Assembly: GCF_000014785.1 (NCBI RefSeq)
Contig: NC_008340.1
Coordinates: 3,090,001-3,122,000, forward strand
DNA from: Alkalilimnicola ehrlichii MLHE-1
GTDB taxonomy: Bacteria > Pseudomonadota > Gammaproteobacteria > Nitrococcales > Halorhodospiraceae
Reading direction: 5' to 3'
DNA length: 32,000 nucleotides
Numbering within the stretch: the stretch's first letter is position 1; each line of letters begins with the position of its first letter. Under the pieces are notes generated by a model. That model was not told the origin of the DNA, did not search any database, and saw only the letters and a program-made list of their open reading frames with translations. Positions 22,236 through 32,000 of the stretch are shown one piece after another. Made by a program: the position numbers and the translations under genes.

Positions 22236-24818
22236 TCAGGCCCCCCGCCCCGTGGCGCGCGGAAAGAGCACGGGGTGGGCGTAGGCGATCAGGGCCGGTA
22301 GGGCGAACAGGGTGACCACCGCAGAGGCGGCCATGATGCTGGCCAGGAAGATACCCACCGTGACGTAGGGCATCAGCGGCGCGGCCAGCAACGGCAGGAA
22401 GCCGACGGCGATGACCACGGCGTTGCGGGTGATGGCGCAGGCGGGCTCCTGGAAGACCCGGTCCAACGCCAGGCGCCAATCGCCCACCTCGTCCAGGGCC
22501 ATGCGGCAGCGCTGGATGAAGTGGATGGCGAAGTCCACCGACAACCCGATGGACAGCGAGGACAGCACCGCCACGGGCATGTCGTAATCCTTGCCGACCA
22601 ACCCCATGACGCCGTAGATGGCGGCGATGGTGACCGTGAGCGGCAGCATCGCCAGCGCCCCCACGGTGATGGAGCGGAACAGGCCGATCATCATCAGGAG
22701 CACGACGACGAAGGCGGAGAGCAGGGCGAGGAGCATGCCGGCCACCATCTCCCCCTGCCAGACCAGGTTGATATAGGTGGCGCCGGCCCAGTCCCACTCC
22801 ACCCCCTCGGGCGGCGGATTGTCCGCGATAAAGGCATCCACGGCCTCCAGCACCCGCCCCATGTCCTGGTTGTCGCCGCTGGGGAGCTGCAGCCAGATAT
22901 TGGCCTCGGTGAAATCCGGGGTCACGAAACGCCAAAGATCGTGCGGGCGGTGCGAGCTCTGGAAGCTCAGCAGCGCCTGCGAGACGCCACCGGCGCTCGC
23001 CGGCAGCCGGTAGTCCTCCGGCTCACCGCTGACCAGCTCACGGTTGATGGTCTTCACCAGGTCCGCCAACGAACCGGCCTTGCCGATGTGGCCGCCGGCC
23101 TCCAGGTGGGCCTGCAACGCCGCCATCCAGGCCAGATGCCCGGGCTTCTGGAAGGCGCGGCTGTCCGTTCGGGCCGCCTCCACGAGGTCGAGCAGCCGCT
23201 CCCAATGGACCGCCTCGTCCAGGTCCACCGTGAACAGCAGGTCGTCGATCTCCACCGCCAGGCGCTCCAACCGGTCCCCCAGCGGGGCCTCGCCCCGGTG
23301 GGCCGCCCACAGCGCCTGCCAGCGGTCGCTGATGCCGAAGCCCTCGGCCTCCGCCTCATCGACAATCGCCTCAGCGCGGGTGCGCAGCTCGCTCTCCAGT
23401 GCGTCCTGGCCGGTCTGGCGAAGGCGCAGGTAGGCCTCGTAGGTGCCGGAGAAACGCTCGTTGAGCACGCTATCGGCGATCCGGATGTCGTGGCTGGACT
23501 TGAACCAGCGGGTGGGGTTGTCATTGATCTGGATCTGAGAGATGCCGTAGACGGCCACCACCACCAGCACCGCCAAGCCCCCGAGGACGAATCCACGGTG
23601 GCGGACGGCCTGGCGACCACCGGCCTGCAGCACGTGGCACAGCCTGGCGGTGCTGCCCGCCTCGCCATCCTGGGCCGTGCGCGTGGACATCCTGTCCAGG
23701 GCACGGCGCGGCAGCGCGGCGGTGTAGGCCGGGATGAAGGTCAGGGTCAAGACCAGCGCCACCAGCACCCCGAAGGAGATGAAACCGCCGAATACCTGCA
23801 CCGGCGGGATGGGGGTGAACAGCAGCGAGGCGAAGCCGACGCCGGTGGTCAGGGCGGTGAACAGCACGGGCTTGAACAGCCGGTCCATGACCCCGCGCAT
23901 CACCGCCCGCGGGTCGTCACCGGGCCGGTAGCGGTCGGCGAAGTTGGAGAGCACGTGGACCGAGGCGACCACCGCAATCGGCATCAGGAAGATCGGGATC
24001 ATGGAGCTCATGATGTGCACGGTGAAGCCCGTGCCGATCAGCAGCCCCATGGTGGAGATCACCGTGGCCATGGCCAGCAGCATGGGGGCCACCACCATGG
24101 GCACGCTGCGGAAGAAGTAGAGCATCACCAGGAAGATGATCAGCCCCGCCAGCGGCGCGGAAATGGCCATCTGCTGGAACATCTCCACACCGAAGGTATC
24201 CTGCGCCACCGGCTGCCCGGTGATATGGAAGGCGTCATCCACCCCCAGCCCGTCGATCACGGCGCGGATCTCCTGAGCGATCCGGTGGCTCTGGTCCTTG
24301 CTTTCCACCGGCACGAAGATCGCCGCCGCCGTGCCGTCTTCCGAGGCGAGCGTGCCCTGATACATGGGCAACCGGGCCACTGCGGTGCGGATGCGCTCCG
24401 CCTCTGCCGGGGTGGCCGGCGGCGCGGGGATCAGCCAATCGTAGTCGATGGTGCCGGGAGCGGCCTGCTCCACATTGTCCACCGCCGCCATGGAGAGCAG
24501 ATCACGGCTCACCACCCCGTCGATCTGCTCGATGGCGCGGGTCAGGTGGTAGTGGGCGGCCAGCGACTCGGGGTTGAAGACGCCGTCGGCGTGGACGTCG
24601 TTCACCTGGCCGACGACGATCATGTCGTGGAGGTTGAACTGGGTCTGGACCTGATTGTGGAGCACCCGGTCCGGCTGGTCCGCCGGCAGCATGTTCTCGG
24701 GATCGGTGTCGATCTGGATGCGCGGAATCATTGCACCCAGGACCACCACCATCAGCACCATGGCGGCGAAGATCCACCGGCGGTGGTCCATACACCAGTC
24801 CGTCAGCCGTGCACCCAT
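22236..24818 (-). CDS. RND-superfamily transporter, MMPL/HpnN-like (no adaptor or TolC partner adjacent)
   Basis: 860 aa with SD GGGAGGAT. Two blocks of ~6 TM helices separated by large soluble loops. N-terminus ...IQIDTDPENMLP and repeated SxDFAIHF-type motifs (LSVDFAIHF). Confidence 0.8.
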   Translation of the reverse strand: MGARLTDWCMDHRRWIFAAMVLMVVVLGAMIPRIQIDTDPENMLPADQPDRVLHNQVQTQFNLHDMIVVGQVNDVHADGVFNPESLAAHYHLTRAIEQIDGVVSRDLLSMAAVDNVEQAAPGTIDYDWLIPAPPATPAEAERIRTAVARLPMYQGTLASEDGTAAAIFVPVESKDQSHRIAQEIRAVIDGLGVDDAFHITGQPVAQDTFGVEMFQQMAISAPLAGLIIFLVMLYFFRSVPMVVAPMLLAMATVISTMGLLIGTGFTVHIMSSMIPIFLMPIAVVASVHVLSNFADRYRPGDDPRAVMRGVMDRLFKPVLFTALTTGVGFASLLFTPIPPVQVFGGFISFGVLVALVLTLTFIPAYTAALPRRALDRMSTRTAQDGEAGSTARLCHVLQAGGRQAVRHRGFVLGGLAVLVVVAVYGISQIQINDNPTRWFKSSHDIRIADSVLNERFSGTYEAYLRLRQTGQDALESELRTRAEAIVDEAEAEGFGISDRWQALWAAHRGEAPLGDRLERLAVEIDDLLFTVDLDEAVHWERLLDLVEAARTDSRAFQKPGHLAWMAALQAHLEAGGHIGKAGSLADLVKTINRELVSGEPEDYRLPASAGGVSQALLSFQSSHRPHDLWRFVTPDFTEANIWLQLPSGDNQDMGRVLEAVDAFIADNPPPEGVEWDWAGATYINLVWQGEMVAGMLLALLSAFVVVLLMMIGLFRSITVGALAMLPLTVTIAAIYGVMGLVGKDYDMPVAVLSSLSIGLSVDFAIHFIQRCRMALDEVGDWRLALDRVFQEPACAITRNAVVIAVGFLPLLAAPLMPYVTVGIFLASIMAASAVVTLFALPALIAYAHPVLFPRATGRGA

Positions 24819-25019
24819 TCAGATCCTCCCATTGCTTTCGCTTGCCGACGGCCCAAAGCGGGCGCGAGTGACATCCGCACAGGCAGAGTCCTGCCAGGCG
24901 CCCGGAATTTATATCACGTTTCTCTAATATATAATAGGGATCGCCCCCCTGCCACACCGACAACGCCGCCTCAGCACGCTATCATCGGGCCTGTCCACGC
25001 CGGCATAGTGACGACCGAC

Positions 25020-25922
25020 ATGACCTCCAACGGCCTGCCTACCCACCCGCGCTATCTGACCACCGATGAGGTGGCGGCGTACCTCCGCCTCAAACCGCGC
25101 AAGGTTTACGACCTGGTCCGCCAGGGGCTCATCCCCAGCACCAAGGTGACCGGGAAACTGCTGTTCCCGCGCGAGGTCATCGACCTGTGGATCATGAACC
25201 ACCTGGAAGGGGATCAACGCAGCACCCGGCCGGCGCCACCGGTGCTGGCCGGCAGCCAGGATCCGCTGCTGGATTGGGCCCTGCGCGAGTCCCGCACCGG
25301 CCTGGCCACCCTCTGCCGGGGCAGCGCCGATGGGGTACGGCGCCTGTTAGAAGGCGAAGCGATGGCGGCCGGCATGCACATCCTCGATCCGGAGAGCGGC
25401 GACTACAATGTACCGGCCCGCCTGGGCCTGGGCGGTATGCGCGATCTGGTGATCATTCGCTGGGCACGCCGCCGTCAGGGGTTACTGCTGGCCCCGGGTA
25501 ACCCCAAGGGTATCCATGCGCTCGCCGATCTGATCCGGCCGGGGCTGCGCATCGCCCACCGGCAATCGGAGGCCGGCGCCGATACCCTATTCCGGTGGCT
25601 GCTGGACCAGGCCGGTATCGACCGCGCCCGGCTGAATCTCACCCAGCACCCGGCCCTGTCCGAGGATGATCTGGCGCTGTCGGTGCGCCAGGGGGAGGCC
25701 GACACCGGCGTGGCGGTGGAGGCCGCGGCCCGACGGCACGGCCTGGATTTCCTCCCGCTGCACTGGGAGTGCTTCGACCTGGCCATGCGCCGACGCAGCT
25801 ACTTTGAACCGCCGGTTCAGGCATTGGTGCGCTTCGCGGGCGACCCGCGGCTGCAGGCCCATGCAGACGAGATGCAGGGCTACGACCTGAGCGACCTCGG
25901 CCGTGTCGTTTTCAATGCCTGA
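25020..25922 (+). CDS. Transcriptional regulator: excisionase/MerR-type HTH fused to a periplasmic-binding-protein-like (oxyanion-binding-like) domain, TunR-like architecture
   Basis: Only the last ~300 codons of the 1133-aa track ORF are credible. MTSNGLPTHPRYLTTDEVAAYLRLKPRKVYDLVRQGLIPSTKVTGKLLFPREVIDLWI is an HTH_17-type domain. The remainder resembles PBP_like domains fused to Mo/W-related regulators. Confidence 0.6.
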   Translation: MTSNGLPTHPRYLTTDEVAAYLRLKPRKVYDLVRQGLIPSTKVTGKLLFPREVIDLWIMNHLEGDQRSTRPAPPVLAGSQDPLLDWALRESRTGLATLCRGSADGVRRLLEGEAMAAGMHILDPESGDYNVPARLGLGGMRDLVIIRWARRRQGLLLAPGNPKGIHALADLIRPGLRIAHRQSEAGADTLFRWLLDQAGIDRARLNLTQHPALSEDDLALSVRQGEADTGVAVEAAARRHGLDFLPLHWECFDLAMRRRSYFEPPVQALVRFAGDPRLQAHADEMQGYDLSDLGRVVFNA

Positions 25923-25939
25923 ACCGCGCGACCGGGTGG

Positions 25940-26404
25940 CTAGAAAGGAATATCGTCCTCAAAGGCGCCCGCATCGTCACCCATGTTGTCCTGCCGGCCG
26001 CCCCGGTCATCCGCCGGCCGCCCGCGGGACTGCCCGCCGCCGGAGCCACCCATGTCACCCGCGCCGCCCCGGCTGTCCAGCATCTGCATATCGTTGGCGA
26101 CAATCTCTGTGGTGTAGCGGTCCTGGCCGTCCTGGCCCTGCCACTTGCGGGTCTGCAGCCGGCCCTCGATGTAGACCTTCGAGCCCTTGCGCAGGTACTC
26201 ACCGGCGATTTCGGCGAGCTTGCCGAAGAAGACGATGCGGTGCCACTCGGTGCGCTCCTGTTGCTCACCCGACTGCTTGTCGCGCCAGGTGTCGGTGGTG
26301 GCCAGGCGGACATTGGTGACCGCACTGCCGTTGGCGGTGTAGCGCACCTCCGGGTCCACGCCCAGGTTGCCGATAAGGATGACTTTATTGACGCCTCGTG
26401 CCAT
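25940..26404 (-). CDS. ssb: Single-stranded DNA-binding protein
   Basis: [23 protein letters not shown]...[37 protein letters not shown], a Gly-rich linker and the acidic tail DDIPF. Confidence 0.97.
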   Translation of the reverse strand: MARGVNKVILIGNLGVDPEVRYTANGSAVTNVRLATTDTWRDKQSGEQQERTEWHRIVFFGKLAEIAGEYLRKGSKVYIEGRLQTRKWQGQDGQDRYTTEIVANDMQMLDSRGGAGDMGGSGGGQSRGRPADDRGGRQDNMGDDAGAFEDDIPF

Positions 26405-26574
26405 GACTGCTTACTCCTGAAGATGATGACCGGCGGGGTGCCGGGTGGTTAACGTCCCTGTTGAGCCCTTCTCAGCGGCCCACTGCCTGGTCCGCGGGTA
26501 CCCCGGCGGGTGTGATCGGCCCCGGACTGGCCTGACAATCTACCGTTTTTCCCCCGACCATTAAACCCGCCCGC

Positions 26575-27795
26575 TCAGCCGGAACCCTCTGAAGCGCGGG
26601 GCGTGCCCACCGGCAACGGCGCCCGCTGGCCCCGCGCCAGCAAGGCCCAGAGCGACACCATGGCAGCACACCCCAGCATCACCCCCACCGGCCCGAAGGC
26701 CCCGGCCAGGATCCCGCCGAACAGGCCGCCGGCAAAGGCCCCCAGAAACTGGGCCGAGGCATACACCCCCATGGCCGCGCCGCGGGCCTCGCCGGGCGCG
26801 AAGCGGGACACCAGCGAAGGCATCGCGGCCTCCAGTAGATTGAAGCTGACGAAGTAAAGCCATAAGGCCACCAACCAGACCGCGACCGGCGCGGCCATCA
26901 GCAGCCCCAGGCCCATCAGCCCCAGGGCCATGGCGGTAACCGCCAGCGGGATCAGCCGGTGCATGGCGCCGCGGCGCTCGGCGATGATGAGCAGCGGCAG
27001 CATGCCCGCCACCGAGGTGATCAGCAGCGGCACCCAGACCCGCCAGTGCTGGGCCGCCTCCAGTCCGAAGCGGGCCTGGATGAGCAATGGCAGGGCCACA
27101 AAGATGCCGGTGAGCGCCGCGTGCAGCACGAAGATGCCCACGTTCAGGCGCATCAGGTCCGGGTCGGTGAGGCTGCGCCGCAGGCTGCCGGAGACCGCCG
27201 ACTGGGCGGGTCGCGCCGGGCGGGGCATGCGGGCGACAATCACCAGCCCCACCAGCGAGGCCCCCGCGGTGAGCCAGAACAACCCCTGCAGCCCGCCTAG
27301 GGCGGTGAGCGGGGGCGCCACCATCAGCGCCAGCAGGAAGGCCAGCCCCACGCTCATGCCGATGGCGGCAAAGGCGCGCGCCCGGTGGGTCTCGCGGGTG
27401 ACATCGGCGGCCAGTGCCATCACCGCCGCGGCGATGGCCCCGCCCCCCTGCAGGGCCCGCCCCAGGATCACCCCCCAGATGCCATCCGCCGTGGCCGCCA
27501 CCACGCTACCGATGGCGAATACCACCAGTCCGGCCGCAATCACCGGTTTCCGGCCCCAGCGGTCGGAGGCCATGCCCATGGGGATCTGGAGACAGGCCTG
27601 GGTGAGCCCGTAGACACCCAGAGCCAGGCCGATCAACAGCGGGGTCGCCCCCTCCAGGCCGGGGGCATAAAGGGCGAAGACCGGCAGGATCAGGAACAGG
27701 CCGAACATGCGCAGGCCAAAGACCCCGGCCAGACCCATGGCGGCACGGCGTTCGGCGGCGTTGAGCGGCGTCTTGGCGGCGGTCCGGGCAGACAC
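26575..27795 (-). CDS. MFS transporter (the uvrA-ssb-linked MFS gene common in gammaproteobacteria)
   Basis: 406 aa with 12 predicted hydrophobic segments and the MFS loop motif [10 protein letters not shown]. The track start is a GTG, so the exact start is uncertain. Confidence 0.8.
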   Translation of the reverse strand: MSARTAAKTPLNAAERRAAMGLAGVFGLRMFGLFLILPVFALYAPGLEGATPLLIGLALGVYGLTQACLQIPMGMASDRWGRKPVIAAGLVVFAIGSVVAATADGIWGVILGRALQGGGAIAAAVMALAADVTRETHRARAFAAIGMSVGLAFLLALMVAPPLTALGGLQGLFWLTAGASLVGLVIVARMPRPARPAQSAVSGSLRRSLTDPDLMRLNVGIFVLHAALTGIFVALPLLIQARFGLEAAQHWRVWVPLLITSVAGMLPLLIIAERRGAMHRLIPLAVTAMALGLMGLGLLMAAPVAVWLVALWLYFVSFNLLEAAMPSLVSRFAPGEARGAAMGVYASAQFLGAFAGGLFGGILAGAFGPVGVMLGCAAMVSLWALLARGQRAPLPVGTPRASEGSG

Positions 27796-27910
27796 AGTGG
27801 AGCGTTCCGTTGGCGGTGGACAGGCGCGATATACTAGCAGGTTCGTTGCAAATCCCCAGCAGCGACCCCGGACACTCCCTCATCCCGCAAGGAGGAGCCC
27901 CAGCGCAGGC

Positions 27911-30733
<2,823 letters not shown>

Positions 30734-30796
30734 CCCCCGGCCACGGGGCAACGCTGCGGCGCCGGGGTGGATCGATGATGTCGCGCACCCCGGTGG

Positions 30797-31585
30797 TCAG
30801 GGCCCTGCCTGTGTCGCGGCCGCCCGCACCAGGGCGCGGAAAAGGGCGCGCTGCTCGCGCCGCTGTGGGAGGTACTCCGGGTGCCACTGGACACCCAACA
30901 ATAGGGCACCGCCGTCGCCCTCCACCGCCTGCACCACGCCGGTCCGCTCCCAGGCCGCCGCCTTCAGGCCCTCACCCAGTTCGGCGATGGCCTGACGGTG
31001 GAGGGAGTTTACCCGCGTATGGGGCCCCAGCCAGCGATAGAGCTGGGCGTCGCGCCGCACCGTCACCCGCTTATAGGGCCAAATGCTGTGTACCTGCGGG
31101 CTCTCCTGATAGAAGCTGCTCAGATCCTGGTGCAGGGAGCCGCCCATATAGACATTGAGCAACTGTGCACCGCGACAGATGCCCAGCACCGGCACATCGC
31201 GGGCCAGTGCGTCCGCCAGCAGGCGCCACTCCACCCCGTCGCGACCGCGATCCCCCCGCGGCCCCGGGCTGATGCTGAGCAGCCAGCGCAACAGATAAAG
31301 CACCGGCAGCAAGAGCCAGGAGAGCAGAAACCGCCACCACACCGTCCTGCCCCGGCGCAACTCCCCGGGCTCCACCCGCTCCTCGCCATAGAGGCCCGGA
31401 TCGACATCCGCACCACCGCCCAGGATCAAGCCGTCCAGGGGCCGCGGCGGCGCCGGGCGGGCCGGGGTGATCCGGCAGGGCCGGCCACCGGCCAGCCACA
31501 CCGCCACGGCGGTCATCAGCCAGGCCGCCGCCCCGCCGCGGTCCGGCCCGGTGACGCCAATCAGCGGTCGAGTCGGGCGAGGCAT
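30797..31585 (-). CDS. Class-I glutamine amidotransferase / peptidase C26 (gamma-glutamyl-GABA hydrolase-like) with an internal hydrophobic insertion
   Basis: Start taken as the ATG at 31585 (MPRPTRPLIGVTG). Nucleophile elbow GICRGAQLLN, His region GVQWHPEY and LHRQAI. An insertion TVWWRFLLSWLLLPVLYLLRWLL lies between the GGGADVDP strand and the catalytic Cys. Confidence 0.75.
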   Translation of the reverse strand: MPRPTRPLIGVTGPDRGGAAAWLMTAVAVWLAGGRPCRITPARPAPPRPLDGLILGGGADVDPGLYGEERVEPGELRRGRTVWWRFLLSWLLLPVLYLLRWLLSISPGPRGDRGRDGVEWRLLADALARDVPVLGICRGAQLLNVYMGGSLHQDLSSFYQESPQVHSIWPYKRVTVRRDAQLYRWLGPHTRVNSLHRQAIAELGEGLKAAAWERTGVVQAVEGDGGALLLGVQWHPEYLPQRREQRALFRALVRAAATQAGP

Positions 31586-32000
31586 TGGTCCACGTGCTGT
31601 ATCCAGCGATGCTCGGTGAGGCTGAATCCGCGTGCCCACCAGTCGGCCATCAGTTGCCCCAACCGCTGCGGGTCATCCGCCAGCCGCTCCACCATCAGCC
31701 AGTCGCGCCACGGCCGGGCGATACGCCAGTCGGGGTCGTCCACCAGACAGTTGGGCAGGCGATAGTGCCAAGTGGGTCGTGCCTGGGTGAGTGGGTCGTC
31801 CGGCAGCGCCCGGCGCACCCGGCCGGGGTCCACGTGGGCCAGCAGCGGCATCAGGTCCAGGCTGCGGTTACGGGTGGTATTGAAGGCCAGAAACTCGTCG
31901 ATGAAGGCACCGAGCCCGGGGCAATACCCGGGCTGGAGCAGCCGCCGGACGTACTCGGCGGGAAAGTCCTGGATGAACGGGGTGAGCCGGCGCACCGCGT
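31561..32000 (-). CDS. Hypothetical protein (C-terminal part; may continue past the window edge)
   Basis: The ORF is open to within 5 nt of the window end. Codon usage is like its neighbours, and it overlaps the downstream amidotransferase start by 25 nt. I recognised no family. Confidence 0.4.
   Translation of the reverse strand, partial: AVRRLTPFIQDFPAEYVRRLLQPGYCPGLGAFIDEFLAFNTTRNRSLDLMPLLAHVDPGRVRRALPDDPLTQARPTWHYRLPNCLVDDPDWRIARPWRDWLMVERLADDPQRLGQLMADWWARGFSLTEHRWIQHVDQCLARLDR

Noticed and set aside
22213-22935. The upstream extension of the 525-aa ORF 21358..22935 (LolA-like gene).
   Set aside because: The extension overlaps the 3' end of the RND gene in another frame and is Gly/Arg/Pro/His-rich. 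An ATG at 22212 with a GGGAGG SD, followed by a signal peptide, is a much better start.
24882-24897. A sigma-54-like element on the minus strand upstream of the RND operon (reverse complement TGGCAG-GACTC-TGCC).
   Set aside because: The GC of the -12 element is one nucleotide too close to the -24 GG. That spacing is normally not tolerated.
22521-25019. The N-terminal ~830 codons of the 1133-aa + strand ORF 22521..25922.
   Set aside because: This part is antisense to the RND transporter gene and has His/Gly/Asp/Arg-rich nonsense composition. Only the last ~300 codons from the ATG at 25020 (HTH + PBP-like domains) look like a real gene.
26405-26574. A possible LexA SOS box upstream of ssb (CTGTTGAGCCCTTCTCAG). 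I also searched 27796..27910 upstream of uvrA.
   Set aside because: The ssb candidate has CTGT-N8-TCTC instead of CTGT-N8-ACAG, and CTG...CAG spacing of 12 rather than 10. No CTGT-N8-ACAG is visible upstream of uvrA. The organism may use a different LexA motif, so I cannot call it.

Overview
This is a GC-rich chromosomal segment (roughly two-thirds G+C by eye, not computed). Gene content, ssb-MFS-uvrA synteny and acidic proteins suggest a gammaproteobacterium, possibly halophilic, but that is a guess. I saw no tRNA, rRNA, CRISPR, IS element or integrase. Many long ORFs in the track are antisense shadows of real genes, and several real genes needed start trimming. The track also accepts GTG/TTG starts.

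Content from left to right:
(1) A partial TonB-dependent receptor and a porin.
(2) A sigma-54-controlled periplasmic alcohol-oxidation island (about 2.5-15.8 kb). It holds an NAD aldehyde dehydrogenase, DUF779, a YncD/PqqU-like TonB receptor and a PQQ alcohol dehydrogenase with the D-x-D lanthanide signature. These are followed by cytochrome c550, a MoxJ-like binding protein, a fused SoxY-SoxZ-like single-cysteine carrier, a periplasmic MBL hydrolase, a rhodanese-like C-x3-C-W protein, a Sel1 protein and an AcoR-like sigma-54 activator. Three TGGCA-N6-TGC type -24/-12 promoters and a shared upstream motif are visible.
(3) A roughly 9-kb minus-strand block: an MMPL/HpnN-like RND transporter, a LolA-like protein and an OM beta-barrel with an acidic Trp pentad repeat. 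It continues with DUF2892, tupBCA (tungstate-type ABC importer) and a soluble PQQ sugar dehydrogenase.
(4) A TunR-like HTH+PBP regulator.
(5) Housekeeping ssb, MFS and uvrA, then a class-I amidotransferase with a hydrophobic insertion and a partial hypothetical gene.

The best candidate for an undescribed system is the Cys-carrier / MBL hydrolase / rhodanese-like module fused to the quinoprotein operon. The second is the RND / LolA-like / beta-barrel triad.
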